Origin: Takakia lepidozioides
Taxonomy: Eukaryota; Plantae; Bryophyta
Direction: 5' to 3'
Assembly (NCBI GenBank): GCA_030704615.1
Contig: CM060732.1
Location: 72,602,001-72,666,000 of the forward strand
Length of the DNA: 64,000 nucleotides
Positions 51,201 through 62,700 of the stretch are shown piece after piece. The notes under the pieces are model-generated. The model was not told the DNA's origin and made no database searches. It saw nothing but the letters and a program-made list of their open reading frames with translations. The first letter of the stretch is position 1. Each line of letters begins with the position of its first letter. A program made the position numbers and the translations under genes.

Positions 51201-53208
51201 CAAAGCAAGGCTCCTTCTAATACAACTCTACTTACTGGTCTATATGTACTAGCTCACACTAATGGATGTAACAAACTGATGCTACCCAGGAACCCCTTTA
51301 AGCTATAACAGCGTGAATTTGCAACAAGATTATGGACTACCAGGACTACTGATAAGCATGCACATGAAATCCTGACATCAGACTCTACAATTTTGATTAT
51401 CTTCACAAACTGTTTGTGAGGAATTGTCCTTAAAGGTTTGAAGTATAAGGAGATTGATAAGAGGGTGAAGCAGAGAGCCACCTGAATGCAATGGTCAGAG
51501 CCACCAGTGCCGATGCAAGTTCCATCAGGATGAAAACGCACAGAATTTATCATTCTACATGACGCGCGTAAAAACTCAGCTGAGCAGAATTTCCAGTAAA
51601 GTACCAGCTTGTGTGATAGGATACCAGTTGTGCCTTGCTGTTTTTTGCAATCAATAGCATCCTATAGCATACCGGTATCCAATCAAAATAATATAAATGA
51701 GACATCCGTAAGAAATATTCAGACAAAGTACAGGTGTTCTTTGTAGTGGACATTGCATGAGGGTATCATGTTTCATTGTATACCCCATGCCTTCACTGAA
51801 TTGGTGTACACACTCATGGCGTTCAAGGTCCCAAAGACGAACAGTCCTGTCATCGCCGCCTGAGACTACAAACCTGCAGCTTCACACCCCAAAATTTCCA
51901 TGTTGGTAGCAGTTCCCCTCAGCTTGTCATTCATTCCTTAAACTTGTTTGGCCCTGTATCTCTCTACCCTCCACCAAGAACCTGAGACACACAACAAGAC
52001 AGATCAATGTCTGTTGTCGACCTAAGCTACAACGGCTACTGCATACAAGGCACTGAGGTTGTGGTAAAAAATGTCCTAAGTACTTACCCATCATCAGGAC
52101 TAAACTCTGCAGACCGCAACCAGTTTAAATGGCCACTTAATGTGACAACAAACTTTTGTCCATGCACCAACCATACCTGCTCACTTCAACCAGTGTCAGA
52201 TCCACCCCAGATGGTACCTCGCCACAGGGAAATATAGTGTCTTATGGAACAGGGAGAATGAATAGATTTTCTCAGTTCACGCACAACAAAGAATCTGAAA
52301 GACTATCCAGCAAGAGTGGATGACAGCAACCTTGATATTCTTATCATCGGAACCAGAAAGCAAAAATTGCCCGTCGTGGCTGAAAGCAACCGTACGCACT
52401 GCCCCACCATGCGCTTTGATAACACTCGATTTCGCTTCTCTGCATATGACCGGACCAAAAACAAGTCAAGCTGTTCGTAAGCTCTCTGAGTTCTGTTCCC
52501 TCCCTAACTTTAATCCTACATTACCATTATGCGCAAGGCTTAAAATTGCTCTGTCTCCAAGTTTGACCTCTCCAAGCTTTGCAGGGTTAAGGTTGATGGT
52601 CGTGATCACGGAATGTATCAAGTGATTAACATAATTCGTATCTGCTTGGCATCACGCATTATGCTAGTCATTTTAGTGAGCTTCAATTTAAAATGCGATA
52701 TTCATTAAGGTTCATCAAAACTTGTTTGTCATTTCAAGACAAAACTTCTCATTATATCTCCTCTTCCTGTAGACAGTATGATAGAGGGAGGGGATCACAC
52801 ACACAGTAGGGAGCCAAAGCCGCACGGTCTTGTCTTTGGAACCTGAAGCCACCACGTTGTCCAACGGTGAGACAGCCACTGCGTATACTGCCCCCTGCCA
52901 CAACTCCATGATCAGAACTAAGATTAAACAAGTATCTTACATAAGCTATTAAGCAATTCAACAGGTTGAAATTCCACATACCGCGTGTAACAGCATACAG
53001 AGACACAGGGCACCTGATGTCCGAGGAAACGGTAGGGTCGCACAACGGGATGACGCAAATTAGGCCGGCAATGCAAGCTCCACAACAACACTGCACAATC
53101 AGAGCCCCCAGAGACCACGTGTTTCATGTGGGGCCTGAAATGCAAGGCCTTGACGCCCCCCTTGTGGCTTCCATAACTCGCCAGAATAACAGGATCCTGA
53201 TCCCCCAT
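48265..53208 (-). CDS. POC1: POC1 centriolar WD40 protein, multi-exon (3' end approximate)
   Basis: Exons give [15 protein letters not shown]...[105 protein letters not shown], and the C-terminal POC1 coiled coil [29 protein letters not shown]. Confidence 0.93.
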
Positions 53209-54419
53209 GTCTTCCCAACAATTGCTCGCAGTAATGAATTTAAAAAAAACGTCAGATGATAACACAAGAATCAAATGAAACATGAAGAGACAGAACAGCT
53301 GCAGATCCAACGAGAAGGAATTTAAGATTAATTGTTGTGGGGAAATCCATGGCAAGCGCAAGGCAAGAAGCCAGCCTGCCACACACAAAACTCGGTAGTT
53401 AGTTAGACGAATCTTGGACTGCACGACGACGAACACACCAACGATCGTTTCTCTTCAGCGTCCACTTCACTGCGTCCGAGTTGCCGACGTCAAAAATCAT
53501 TCTTCGTCAGCCTCACCCGGCCCCCCATTCTTATCGTAGTATAGCACGATGCTAGGTCCACATCCACGATTCGTTATCCTTCCCCCTTTCCATAAAATAG
53601 AACCCACTTCAGTTTTCTGCGGAGTGATGGCCACATGCCTGAAGACCGGGCGGCTCAAATTTGGGCTGTCAACTCTGGTACACTTAGAAATATTAACAAG
53701 GGGATCCTTAAAAGTACTCCACCAGAAAAGCTGTCCCTGTCAGTGGGCCATCGGCTATCCTAAGTACCCATATTTGTCAGTGGGCCACTGGCCAGTCTAC
53801 CTGCCTCACTCGATATTCTTCATAGCGCTATTGTCCGTGCAAGACAAAATCCTCAGCCAAAAGTAGAAGTAGCGTCAGCTCAGAGCCCTTTGAAGTCCTC
53901 TTTCATGAGTCATGACGGTTTGGAATCTTCACGGGGACCAACAGACCAGTAGTTGTCTCTTTTCACCACGAGGTTCTGATCTGAAAACTGGTGAAGAGCC
54001 GTCACGTCACTTCTCCCCAACCATGAAGTCACTGGCTTGCAAGACTCTCTACAGTCAGAAAGAATGGAGCTTTACAGAAGTAGATGAAGCTGAAGATCCA
54101 TCAGTAGACCTTCACACCCTTAATAGAAAATGATGTCGTTGAGAGTCAATTGGCCTCCCGTTCCTTTTCTGCGTATTCCATCCTTTTTGTAGAAGTCCCT
54201 CTGCCGCTGTGGAGGTGGACCCACCTCGTCGATATGGCCTGCAGGTGGAGCGCGGACATCGCCTTTGTCTGTAGCAAGTGGTAAGACGTGAGAACAGGAG
54301 GGAGGATTTCAGGTTTCCGGGGGTGGAACGTGACGCTTGTGCCTTTCTGGCTACAGAGGAGGGCAGTCCTTGAGGATCGTGGCTCAGATGTGGGCAGCTG
54401 CCTCACATGTAAAGTAGTC

Positions 54420-56330
54420 ATGGATGTATTGGGTAAGTTCAGCACTAATGCCGACTTGCAGCAATCTTTGAAGGACGCGGAGCGTGGAGCAAGGAATTCA
54501 GGTGAAGATGCTGAGGTAACACAGGTCTTGGACTGCGCAAAGAAAGAGATAGACTCGTTGTCTCTTAGGCATGTGTGGCAGGATGCCGCAGACCCATCTT
54601 CATCGTCAGGTGAACGGCTTTTACATGCAAAGGGCCAGAGAAAGATGACACAAGTACTGAAGCTACGTTATCCAGTTGAGGACCGAGTCGTGGGTCACGC
54701 GCTCGTGAAGGCTGCTGAAGGTGGCCATTGCAATGTTGTGCGCACGCTACGGAAAGGGCAGACAGAACAAGGTTTGAGTGTGTTGGCCTCTAGATTCTTT
54801 GCTTTTGCTCTTCTTAAAGCTGTAGAAGCAGGGGAGATCGACGTTGTCCTGGAACTCTTTAGGTCAACCAATTCGGCTGGCCTAGCTCTCGTGGGTCACG
54901 AGCTCTCCCAGGCCAAGGATGACGGGTATCCATATGTGAAGGTAAATCTTACAAAGAAGTGGTCTAAGAGTGTGGCAAACGTGAAGTCCCTCTTGCCCCC
55001 AGCGACCCAGACAATGCATTACGGGGTCTTGGAGCTGTGGGGAGCAAGGAGCGAACAAGAGTCCGTGCACGAGGCCACCAGGACTTGCTTCCACATCTAC
55101 TGCCTCTGGCGCTTGCTCGTGGTAGCTGCTGGAAGTGGCCATAACTCAGTCTTCCGAGAGCTTCTCCACCGCCGGGATGAGCACCATGCTCTGGCCCGGG
55201 AAAGGAGGAAGGGATGTATGGACCTAGGCAATGACCGGGTAGAGGACCTCGTGAGGACCACGACGAAAATAGATGATGACTTTTGTGAGCTAGTCCTGAA
55301 AATCACAGCAAAACTGGGGAGGGACTCGATGTTGTTTGCGATATGGCAAAGCACTCAAGGAGCCATATTCTTCAGGGACTTAAAAGGAGCAGAGGCTGAC
55401 TCACAATGGCAGTGTGAGGCTCGATCCCACTTTGGGCTGTGGGAGCTGCACATGGACGTTCCTACGCTGGTGATGGATATGGAAGGTTCCTATAAAGATG
55501 AGAAAGAGAAAGATTCAAGAATACTGCGACGGTATAGGTATATCCGGCCTGTACTGCCACAGTTGACCAAGTTGAACGTCCAGTTCAAGCTTTCCATTGA
55601 GATCACGCCAAATTACATTGAGCTTGTTGTTGGCATCAACCATGTCAGAGTCATTGTCGAGAATTCTTGTTGGGAGGAGAAGCAAACTGGCCATTTTCCT
55701 TCCTGTGTCAATCTCCGTCTCACCCCCCTCACAGCCAGCGAAACATCAGTATCCATGACAGGTTCATCTAACAACACATCCTACAAAGTGGGGGTGGGAG
55801 AGAATCTCAGAGTGGGGGTCCGTGCAAACTTCAAGTCTGGAGGTGGTGCAGCAGGCCTCAGTGTGTCAGCGGGCAGATCAAGCGCATCAAAGGTGGAAGG
55901 CAAGCCGTGGACGATGGAGCAGCTTCCTGTGAGTGGGGGACGGGGAGGCAGCTTCATCTGGACGCTGTCGAATTTGCAGGGTACCCCATTCGATCGCCTC
56001 AACCCTATGCTCATGGAAGCCAAAAAGTCAATCTGGCAGTTTGGACGGCGCATTCCTGTCAACCCTTTGCTCCTGTTGCCCTTTGGGAGCAATGGAGGTG
56101 TCAACTTCACTGGCAATGATTTTGATGACACTCTGGCATGGCGGTTTTCCAAGGATCTTGAGAACACAATCCTGGTGTTCAACATACAAGGCGAGGTGCA
56201 CACCACGTACATCACTCAGAACCATTTCTGGGAGACGAGAGTGATTCCTTTTGATACAAAGCTGGAGCAGAAGCTGGAGCCTTGCGGAGAACCTGGTGGA
56301 GGAGACAAGAAAAAGAAGAAAAAGAAATAG
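54420..56330 (+). CDS. Uncharacterised intronless protein (636 aa from first ATG): degenerate ankyrin-like repeats, beta-rich C-terminal domain, poly-Lys tail
   Basis: 2-kb open frame; ALVKAAEGGHCNVVRTL, ALLKAVEAGEIDVVLELF, LLVVAAGSGHNSVFRELL; Ser/Gly-rich alternating segment; ends DKKKKKKK*. The true start may lie upstream. Confidence 0.75.
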   Translation: MDVLGKFSTNADLQQSLKDAERGARNSGEDAEVTQVLDCAKKEIDSLSLRHVWQDAADPSSSSGERLLHAKGQRKMTQVLKLRYPVEDRVVGHALVKAAEGGHCNVVRTLRKGQTEQGLSVLASRFFAFALLKAVEAGEIDVVLELFRSTNSAGLALVGHELSQAKDDGYPYVKVNLTKKWSKSVANVKSLLPPATQTMHYGVLELWGARSEQESVHEATRTCFHIYCLWRLLVVAAGSGHNSVFRELLHRRDEHHALARERRKGCMDLGNDRVEDLVRTTTKIDDDFCELVLKITAKLGRDSMLFAIWQSTQGAIFFRDLKGAEADSQWQCEARSHFGLWELHMDVPTLVMDMEGSYKDEKEKDSRILRRYRYIRPVLPQLTKLNVQFKLSIEITPNYIELVVGINHVRVIVENSCWEEKQTGHFPSCVNLRLTPLTASETSVSMTGSSNNTSYKVGVGENLRVGVRANFKSGGGAAGLSVSAGRSSASKVEGKPWTMEQLPVSGGRGGSFIWTLSNLQGTPFDRLNPMLMEAKKSIWQFGRRIPVNPLLLLPFGSNGGVNFTGNDFDDTLAWRFSKDLENTILVFNIQGEVHTTYITQNHFWETRVIPFDTKLEQKLEPCGEPGGGDKKKKKKK

Positions 56331-56356
56331 TTGGGAGGGTTTTTAAGGTGTCTGTC

Positions 56357-58283
56357 TATGATCACGAGGCTCGTCTGGTGTGGAACTAACACCTTTCTCA
56401 TCTGGGAATGCAGCGTGTGTCACAAAGTTCCAAACAATGAACTATGCGCCGGTCACTCAAGTAGGCAATTCTAGTGCAACCTCAGCAAGTGCAGCTAAAG
56501 GAGGGATCCTGGACCTTCAGACTAAAGATCAAAAAGAGGGTCAAAACACACTATGGCAGGTCAATTTGAGCCACAATCACAAGACAGTTGTCTTGGTGGC
56601 ATAACCAGCTCCAACTCTTTAGTTCGCAGATATCATGTTCAAAAATTGGCAGCCTGCTGCATTTGATGGAATGGTGCCAGAGGGCTTTCCTGTCACCACA
56701 GGAAACAAACGATGATTCTAAAAACATTCACAGATATCAACAGACTAATTACCAGCAAGTCAAGAAATGCTATACAACAGGCTGTTCCATCTTGTGTTGT
56801 TTGGTTCCCTTTGCATCTGCCTCAGAAGTTTGAGTACAACAACAAAATTGATCCACTCGCTTCCACCACAACACTGGGAAGTATGTATAAATGCTCCTGT
56901 TTAAAGTTTAAAATCGGGAAACAAAATGTTGTGTGTTAAAGAGTAGCAAAGAAGGCACTAACATACTGACTAGTTGTTGCTGAATAGTTCACAATGCTGT
57001 GCTAATACATCTACTTACACAGATCCTACCACAAGAACCGTCAATACACCAACTTCGTGTCTCATAAACGTAGCAACAGGCTCTGCGATTCAGCCCTAGT
57101 GTGTGGCAAATTTTCCTGCCAGTTTTCAGCGGAGGTGAACCACTTCAGAACACTATGCCCTCGGAGCACTCCACTTGTCTGCAAGCATTTGCCACTCAAG
57201 TGGTTGAACGACAAGTACTTTAGGTACTCCGACCCTAGCGGTCCCAAATACGCGGGGAAAAGACAACAGAAATTAGTCCTAGCAAAAAATAACATGCAGG
57301 TACGTCGTAAATGCACGTCGCTCACCTCCCATCCTCCCCCGAGCTTTTTATTTTTATGTCTCGCAAGAGACATCAAGTTGTGCCCTATTTCAGTATTTAT
57401 ACCAACAGGTGAAAACAATACAAAGGATATGGGATAATCTTGATTACAAGACTTGGCCTAAACCGGCCAATTCATGTACCTTTCAGCCAATTTTCACACG
57501 GAACATTTCATAAATATGTCGAATCTTCAATGCCGCTGTGGAACTGAGAAGTAGCCTGCTTTTGTGTGTTGTATGTTGGGTACAACCTCTCTCTCTCTTT
57601 CAACGTCTCTCCCCCTGCGGATGCTCACTTGTGTACTGCTCCACTACAACTGCAGATGTCCAGAAACAATGACACTGTCGAGGGATACTTTAGTGGCACA
57701 CATCGTACATCATCGCACTCAAACTCCCCAATCCCAGGAAGCCTCCATCGGCCATGCACGAGTGGATAGGCTGCATACCTGCAACCAACTCCACCCACCA
57801 CATCACTTTTTCAAGTTTAAAAGTTTGTATCGGAGTCAAAAGGACGATCAAGATAACGGGATAAGATAGAAAGAAAATATTGACTTGCACCTGAGCTTTG
57901 ACTTTGATTGTGGAAATGTTGTTGTTGACAGGGACCTGGAGCATGGTGTGCGTACTAAATGGTTTCTCGGACCGACTTGGCCAGCTGAGTAGCTTCAAGT
58001 GCTGCAATTATGTACATAGAGACAAGCAATGTTGTGTACATCGAGCGTAGCCAACTCTCCCGAGGGATTTTAGAGTTCCCGTCTAAGTTATGATCACGAG
58101 GCTGGTGTGGAACGAACACCTTTCTGATCTGGGAATGCAGCTTGTGTCACAAAGTTCCAGACAACGAACTATGCGGATGCCACTCAAGTATGCAATTATA
58201 GTGCAAGCTCAGCAAGTGCAGCTTGTTGTACGGCGTTCAACAAATTTTCCTGCCAGTTTTCAGCGTAAGACCACTTCAACACA
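56357..58283 (+). repeat. Local direct duplications: 56357-56496 ~ 58089-58223 and 57107-57153 ~ 58241-58283
   Basis: Shared tatgatcacgaggct...gggaatgcag...cagcaagtgcagct and caaattttcctgccagttttcagcg. Confidence 0.8.
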
Positions 58284-59795
58284 CCGTGCCCCCTCTACAT
58301 ACTTGAATTTAGCAGGCAGATACCAAGATGGTTATTTTGTGGGCCAGTGCATCGATGGCACCGAGGGCCTATGTCGCCAATTTGAATGCTCGCTTGTTCA
58401 GATCACAATCTGAGTTCAATTCTTCTTTTCGCCTGTTTCCATAAAGGAGACGGAACGTCGCTACGGTCTGATGTTTGGTTCTCGCTTCATACCTCTTTGC
58501 ATAACAACCAAACTTACTACCTACCATGGGTCTCTCAAGCTGTGCACCCAGAGTAAATAGAATACATGTAGGTGGCTACTACGACCTTCATCACTTAGCC
58601 CTTCATGTAGAAGAGCTCATTATTGTCGTTCTTGAGATTATCTTTATAAGTCAAAGTTGCAAATAAGGTCTGTAATCAGAATGCCAAAACTTCTGCCGAG
58701 TCCAAAGAAGATCATAGATAGCCAGAGCTTAAGGGGTTGAAGACTGCTCAAGTACATTGAAATTCATAACACTACCCATCACACTGCCCACGATTGTACA
58801 TCATGGGCAGTGTTGATCAAGGTTGCCCTCTGTGCTGCCTCAATAGGGGGGAAAACTGCAAGTTTGTAGAATGATGGAATGGCACCAAACCCTCTGTGTG
58901 TTTGTCATTAAAGTTGCCCGTCACACATTAAGCCTCTTGATTGAGGACCTCCAGGGTGTCCTTTTGAAATGCCTAGGGGTTGCTAACTAGAAATGACACC
59001 AATGACATTAGAAGAAAGGGAGTGAAGGGTGAGAAGCTTAACTCTCAAATCACCCCTTTCTGTAATGGAGTGAAAACCCTAGAAGTTCACTTGATGTCAG
59101 TTCGCTACTAAAAGACCTCCTGTCTGAATAGTGTCTACAGCCGATTACTTTCTTTTTCAACTCACTTCTACGTATGTGAGACTTGTATGTTGATTGCATG
59201 ATTAACCACCCTGTTGGTTACATAAACAAAGATTGCCCAGTCATTCAGTCAAAATCCAGCCATTGGCACGGCCTATGCTCCGCCAATCTGCCCCCTTGCA
59301 CATCTGCACACACAAATTGTATGAAAAAAACGCTTTATATATTAACAAGAACTGCAGTGGAGGCACCCTAGATCAAACTTCGTAGACCACCTCAATCATA
59401 AGCCAAGCCTCTGGCAGCCCCAGACAGAAACACACCTGGTGCAGACAGACTAGGAGTTAAGCAAAGCGCTATCCCACAAAAAGACAATCTCAACAGGAGA
59501 CAGGAAACAAGACCCTAAAAAATCATGAATGGCCTGCAGAGTAGCAGACTCCACAGGGTTTGAAAGTGAATGCAGACAACCAGCCAGCAACACAGTGTCG
59601 AAGGCCAATGCACCAGCATGGATAAAAGGCAGCCAGGAACACAAGCTGCATGGTTTTGAAACGGCAAAACAGCAGAGGAGCCTTCCAGTAGCCTCCTATT
59701 GTTCAAGGAGGAGGGTTGGACCACCTCGCCATTTTATGATGACATCCAAGCACGCCATGGAAAAACCCAACGTGGCTCTAACATTTGTAAGGCAG

Positions 59796-62700
59796 TCACA
59801 GAGAGCACATAATCTGATTCACCTCTGAGAGAAGCATATACGTAGCATATGAGTGCTGAAGAAGTACATTGGCTGGAAATATGTCATCCACCGTTCTTTC
59901 ATTCATGGCATCCCGGGGCCATCTTACCATCCTTGGATCCAAGAGATAAAGTTGAAGTGGTACATCTGAGCTCAAAGAATCTGCAGTCAAATACCGAAAC
60001 ATAAATCTGCGCAAGACACATTGGAAAGCTTCTGCAGATATATTTGTCTGTATTCGTGTCTCATCCCCCCAAGAAGTCACCACTTTGACTGCGCTCTGCA
60101 ACTCCTCGACCAGACTAGGAGACAACGGAGCCCTGCATGCATCAAGTCAGATCATAAGGGCTAATTATAACAGTGTCTGCTTAGCCCTGTACTTGGGATT
60201 CTCCATCTATAATGGAAGCTGCAAGGGTGCCTTTGACATTTCCAAGAAGCTCATGGATCTAGAGAAAGCAGGGCACAAGAAAGGACACAAAATGAGCTCT
60301 ATATCATCCAAGGGAAGCTCAAAGAAAGTCCCTCATAAGGAGCTCCAAAACTGCAGTTCGACATCGGGAGATTCATGTAGGCAATAGAAGGTATGGTAGA
60401 AGAAAGAAGTGGGGCCCTCAAGAAGCAACTCAAAATCAATTTCAACATCCAGAAATTCTCAAAGGTGGAGAACCTCCTGTAGGTATACTTCTAGGCATCT
60501 CTGGTCCTTGTACTGAAGGAAATGAATGAAATGGTGCTTTATAACGTCCGCGAAGGACCTCAGCAAGAAAGACATCTATCAGAAGCCCGAAGGGCCTCTG
60601 GGACCAAAAGAGATTAAGTTTCAGAAACTGAAGCTGCAGAGAAGAAGAAATGAACTTTTTGATGTCCTTGAAAAGCTCAAAGAGACATGGGCTGCGACCC
60701 CATAACAAGCATAGTATAAGAAGTGTAGCGCTCCAAAGTTGTTAATGTGCAGATGGGAGCACATCTGAAATGATTTTACCTGTAGCGAGAACTGACCAAG
60801 TTTCCCACAGAGGCGCTGGCACAGTCCTCCAGCCCTTCATAGAGGCTGACAGCATGCTGCAGCTGTATGCTATCAAAGACTGACATTTCTGTGACTAGGC
60901 AAGCCTTCCCTCCCAGCCAGCGATTGCAGTAGTTGCTTAACAGTTCAAGGGGGTCGCCGCCAGTTCGACGAAGAAATCCAAGACACACATCCAGCAATGC
61001 TAGAAACTGTCCAGCTCGAGCATCTTTCATATCAATTTCTCTGTGTATGCTTCGCATGGTCTCTGAGCATAAAGGCTCTTGGTGAATGGCTTCCGCCACG
61101 TCAGAGAGAATAGTTGCATGCCGATGAAAAGCTTCATGCTCATATGCAAACTCAATCCAGCCCTGACAATGCAAATGAAATGAAAGGGTACTTTATAATG
61201 TCCGCGGAAAGCTCAAAGAGCTTATGGGACAAAATGGAAAACACAAAGAAATGAAATGAAATGAAATGGTACTTTATGACGTCCGCGTTATCTTTACCCA
61301 ACAGCATCCATTTCACCCATGTAAATATCCGTAGACTTTGCTGGCAGCAGACCACGCACAACTTTTAATACATAATGGAAGAATCTGACATCTTCTAAGC
61401 AGTTTTGAAAGAAATCTCTGGTTGTAAAGTCCAGTGCTGGTTCCACTGATCTGGCAAAATACCATCTTTGCCTGTTCTCCACCAGAAGTATGCCGGAAGA
61501 TATATCTTCTGATTTTTGACAGATGTCAAGACCATTCTATACAGTTTCTGTTTGATCACCATTTCAACATTCAAGAGAGTTTCCAGGATGGGCACTACCA
61601 AACAGCTTGCAAGGGAAAAGCAAAATGAGTGTGACTATTGAAGAAGAATGAACCTCACCGCATCCAAGTGAGATTTTCCCAAGAGGAGATGATCTGAAAG
61701 CTGCTGCTGGATAACAACATCATCATAGAGGGCTTGGAGGCCATGTCCATAGCGGAGGTCTGCCATGGCTGCCCTCTGTACCATATCCTCAACCCAACCC
61801 TGGTTGTATTGAATCACCTCTTCATCCTGAAAATTGGCAAAGCGGTACTTAATGTATATAATGGCCAAAAAATCCGCTAATTTGCTAACAAACCGAAAAG
61901 CTGGGTACATAGACATTAGGAGTTGCAACCACATTGGCAGATAGAAAATAGCTGTGGATTGAGATAAAAAACATAAGTTATGTTGCAAATCACTGACTCC
62001 ACAATTCAAACGAGATTAATTAAGGCATTCCAAACTCTGTTGAACTGAGTGCTTCGGAAGCAATCCTGTTCCTATACTTCTCGAAATCTTCCACATGTCT
62101 GGAAGGAAATGAAATGGCATTCTATAGCGTCCACATAAAGCTCAAAGAGCTTATGGGACAAGAGGAAGAAATGAAATGAAATGGTGCTTTATAACGTCCA
62201 CGGAAAGCTCATAGAGCTTATGGGACAAAATGGAAGAAAACATGAGAGAGGAAACAAAACCAGAGCCAAAAATAAAGCTATTGTTCGACTGATTGTCTAA
62301 GGGTGAAGGCCTTGTGCAGGTGAGCTGCCAAGCATTTCTGATCCTCATAGTGGACGACTTCAGTGAGACCGGGCACCCCGGAATAGAAAATTGAATATCC
62401 CATGGATCTCATAGTAGAAAGGCTATGCAAACTGGACATAGGCGGTCCTCGGTTGCAGGTTTTCCCATCTGCCAGTCTCTATCCGTAGGTTGTGGGACAT
62501 CTCAGGAAGGCCTTGGAATAGAGAATAGTATCTCCCCCAGATCTCATAGTAGGGATGGAATGAAAGAAATTTTCTTCAGTTTCAATCTTCCTTCTGTCAT
62601 TTTTTGAAGCAGGGCACAAGCCATCAGCACACTCCAGGTTGTCCCAGCTACCAATCTCTATCCGCAGACTGTGTGAGACCTTCCTAATGCTTAGGAGGGA

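Noticed and set aside
52581-52590. Partner piggyBac terminus (gggttaa)
   Set aside because: The match does not extend beyond a few bases and lies 33 kb away inside a POC1 intron.
61294-61601. Additional RNF213-like exon or nested gene
   Set aside because: The flanking exons join in frame without it (LDA|GWIEF) and no motif is recognisable.
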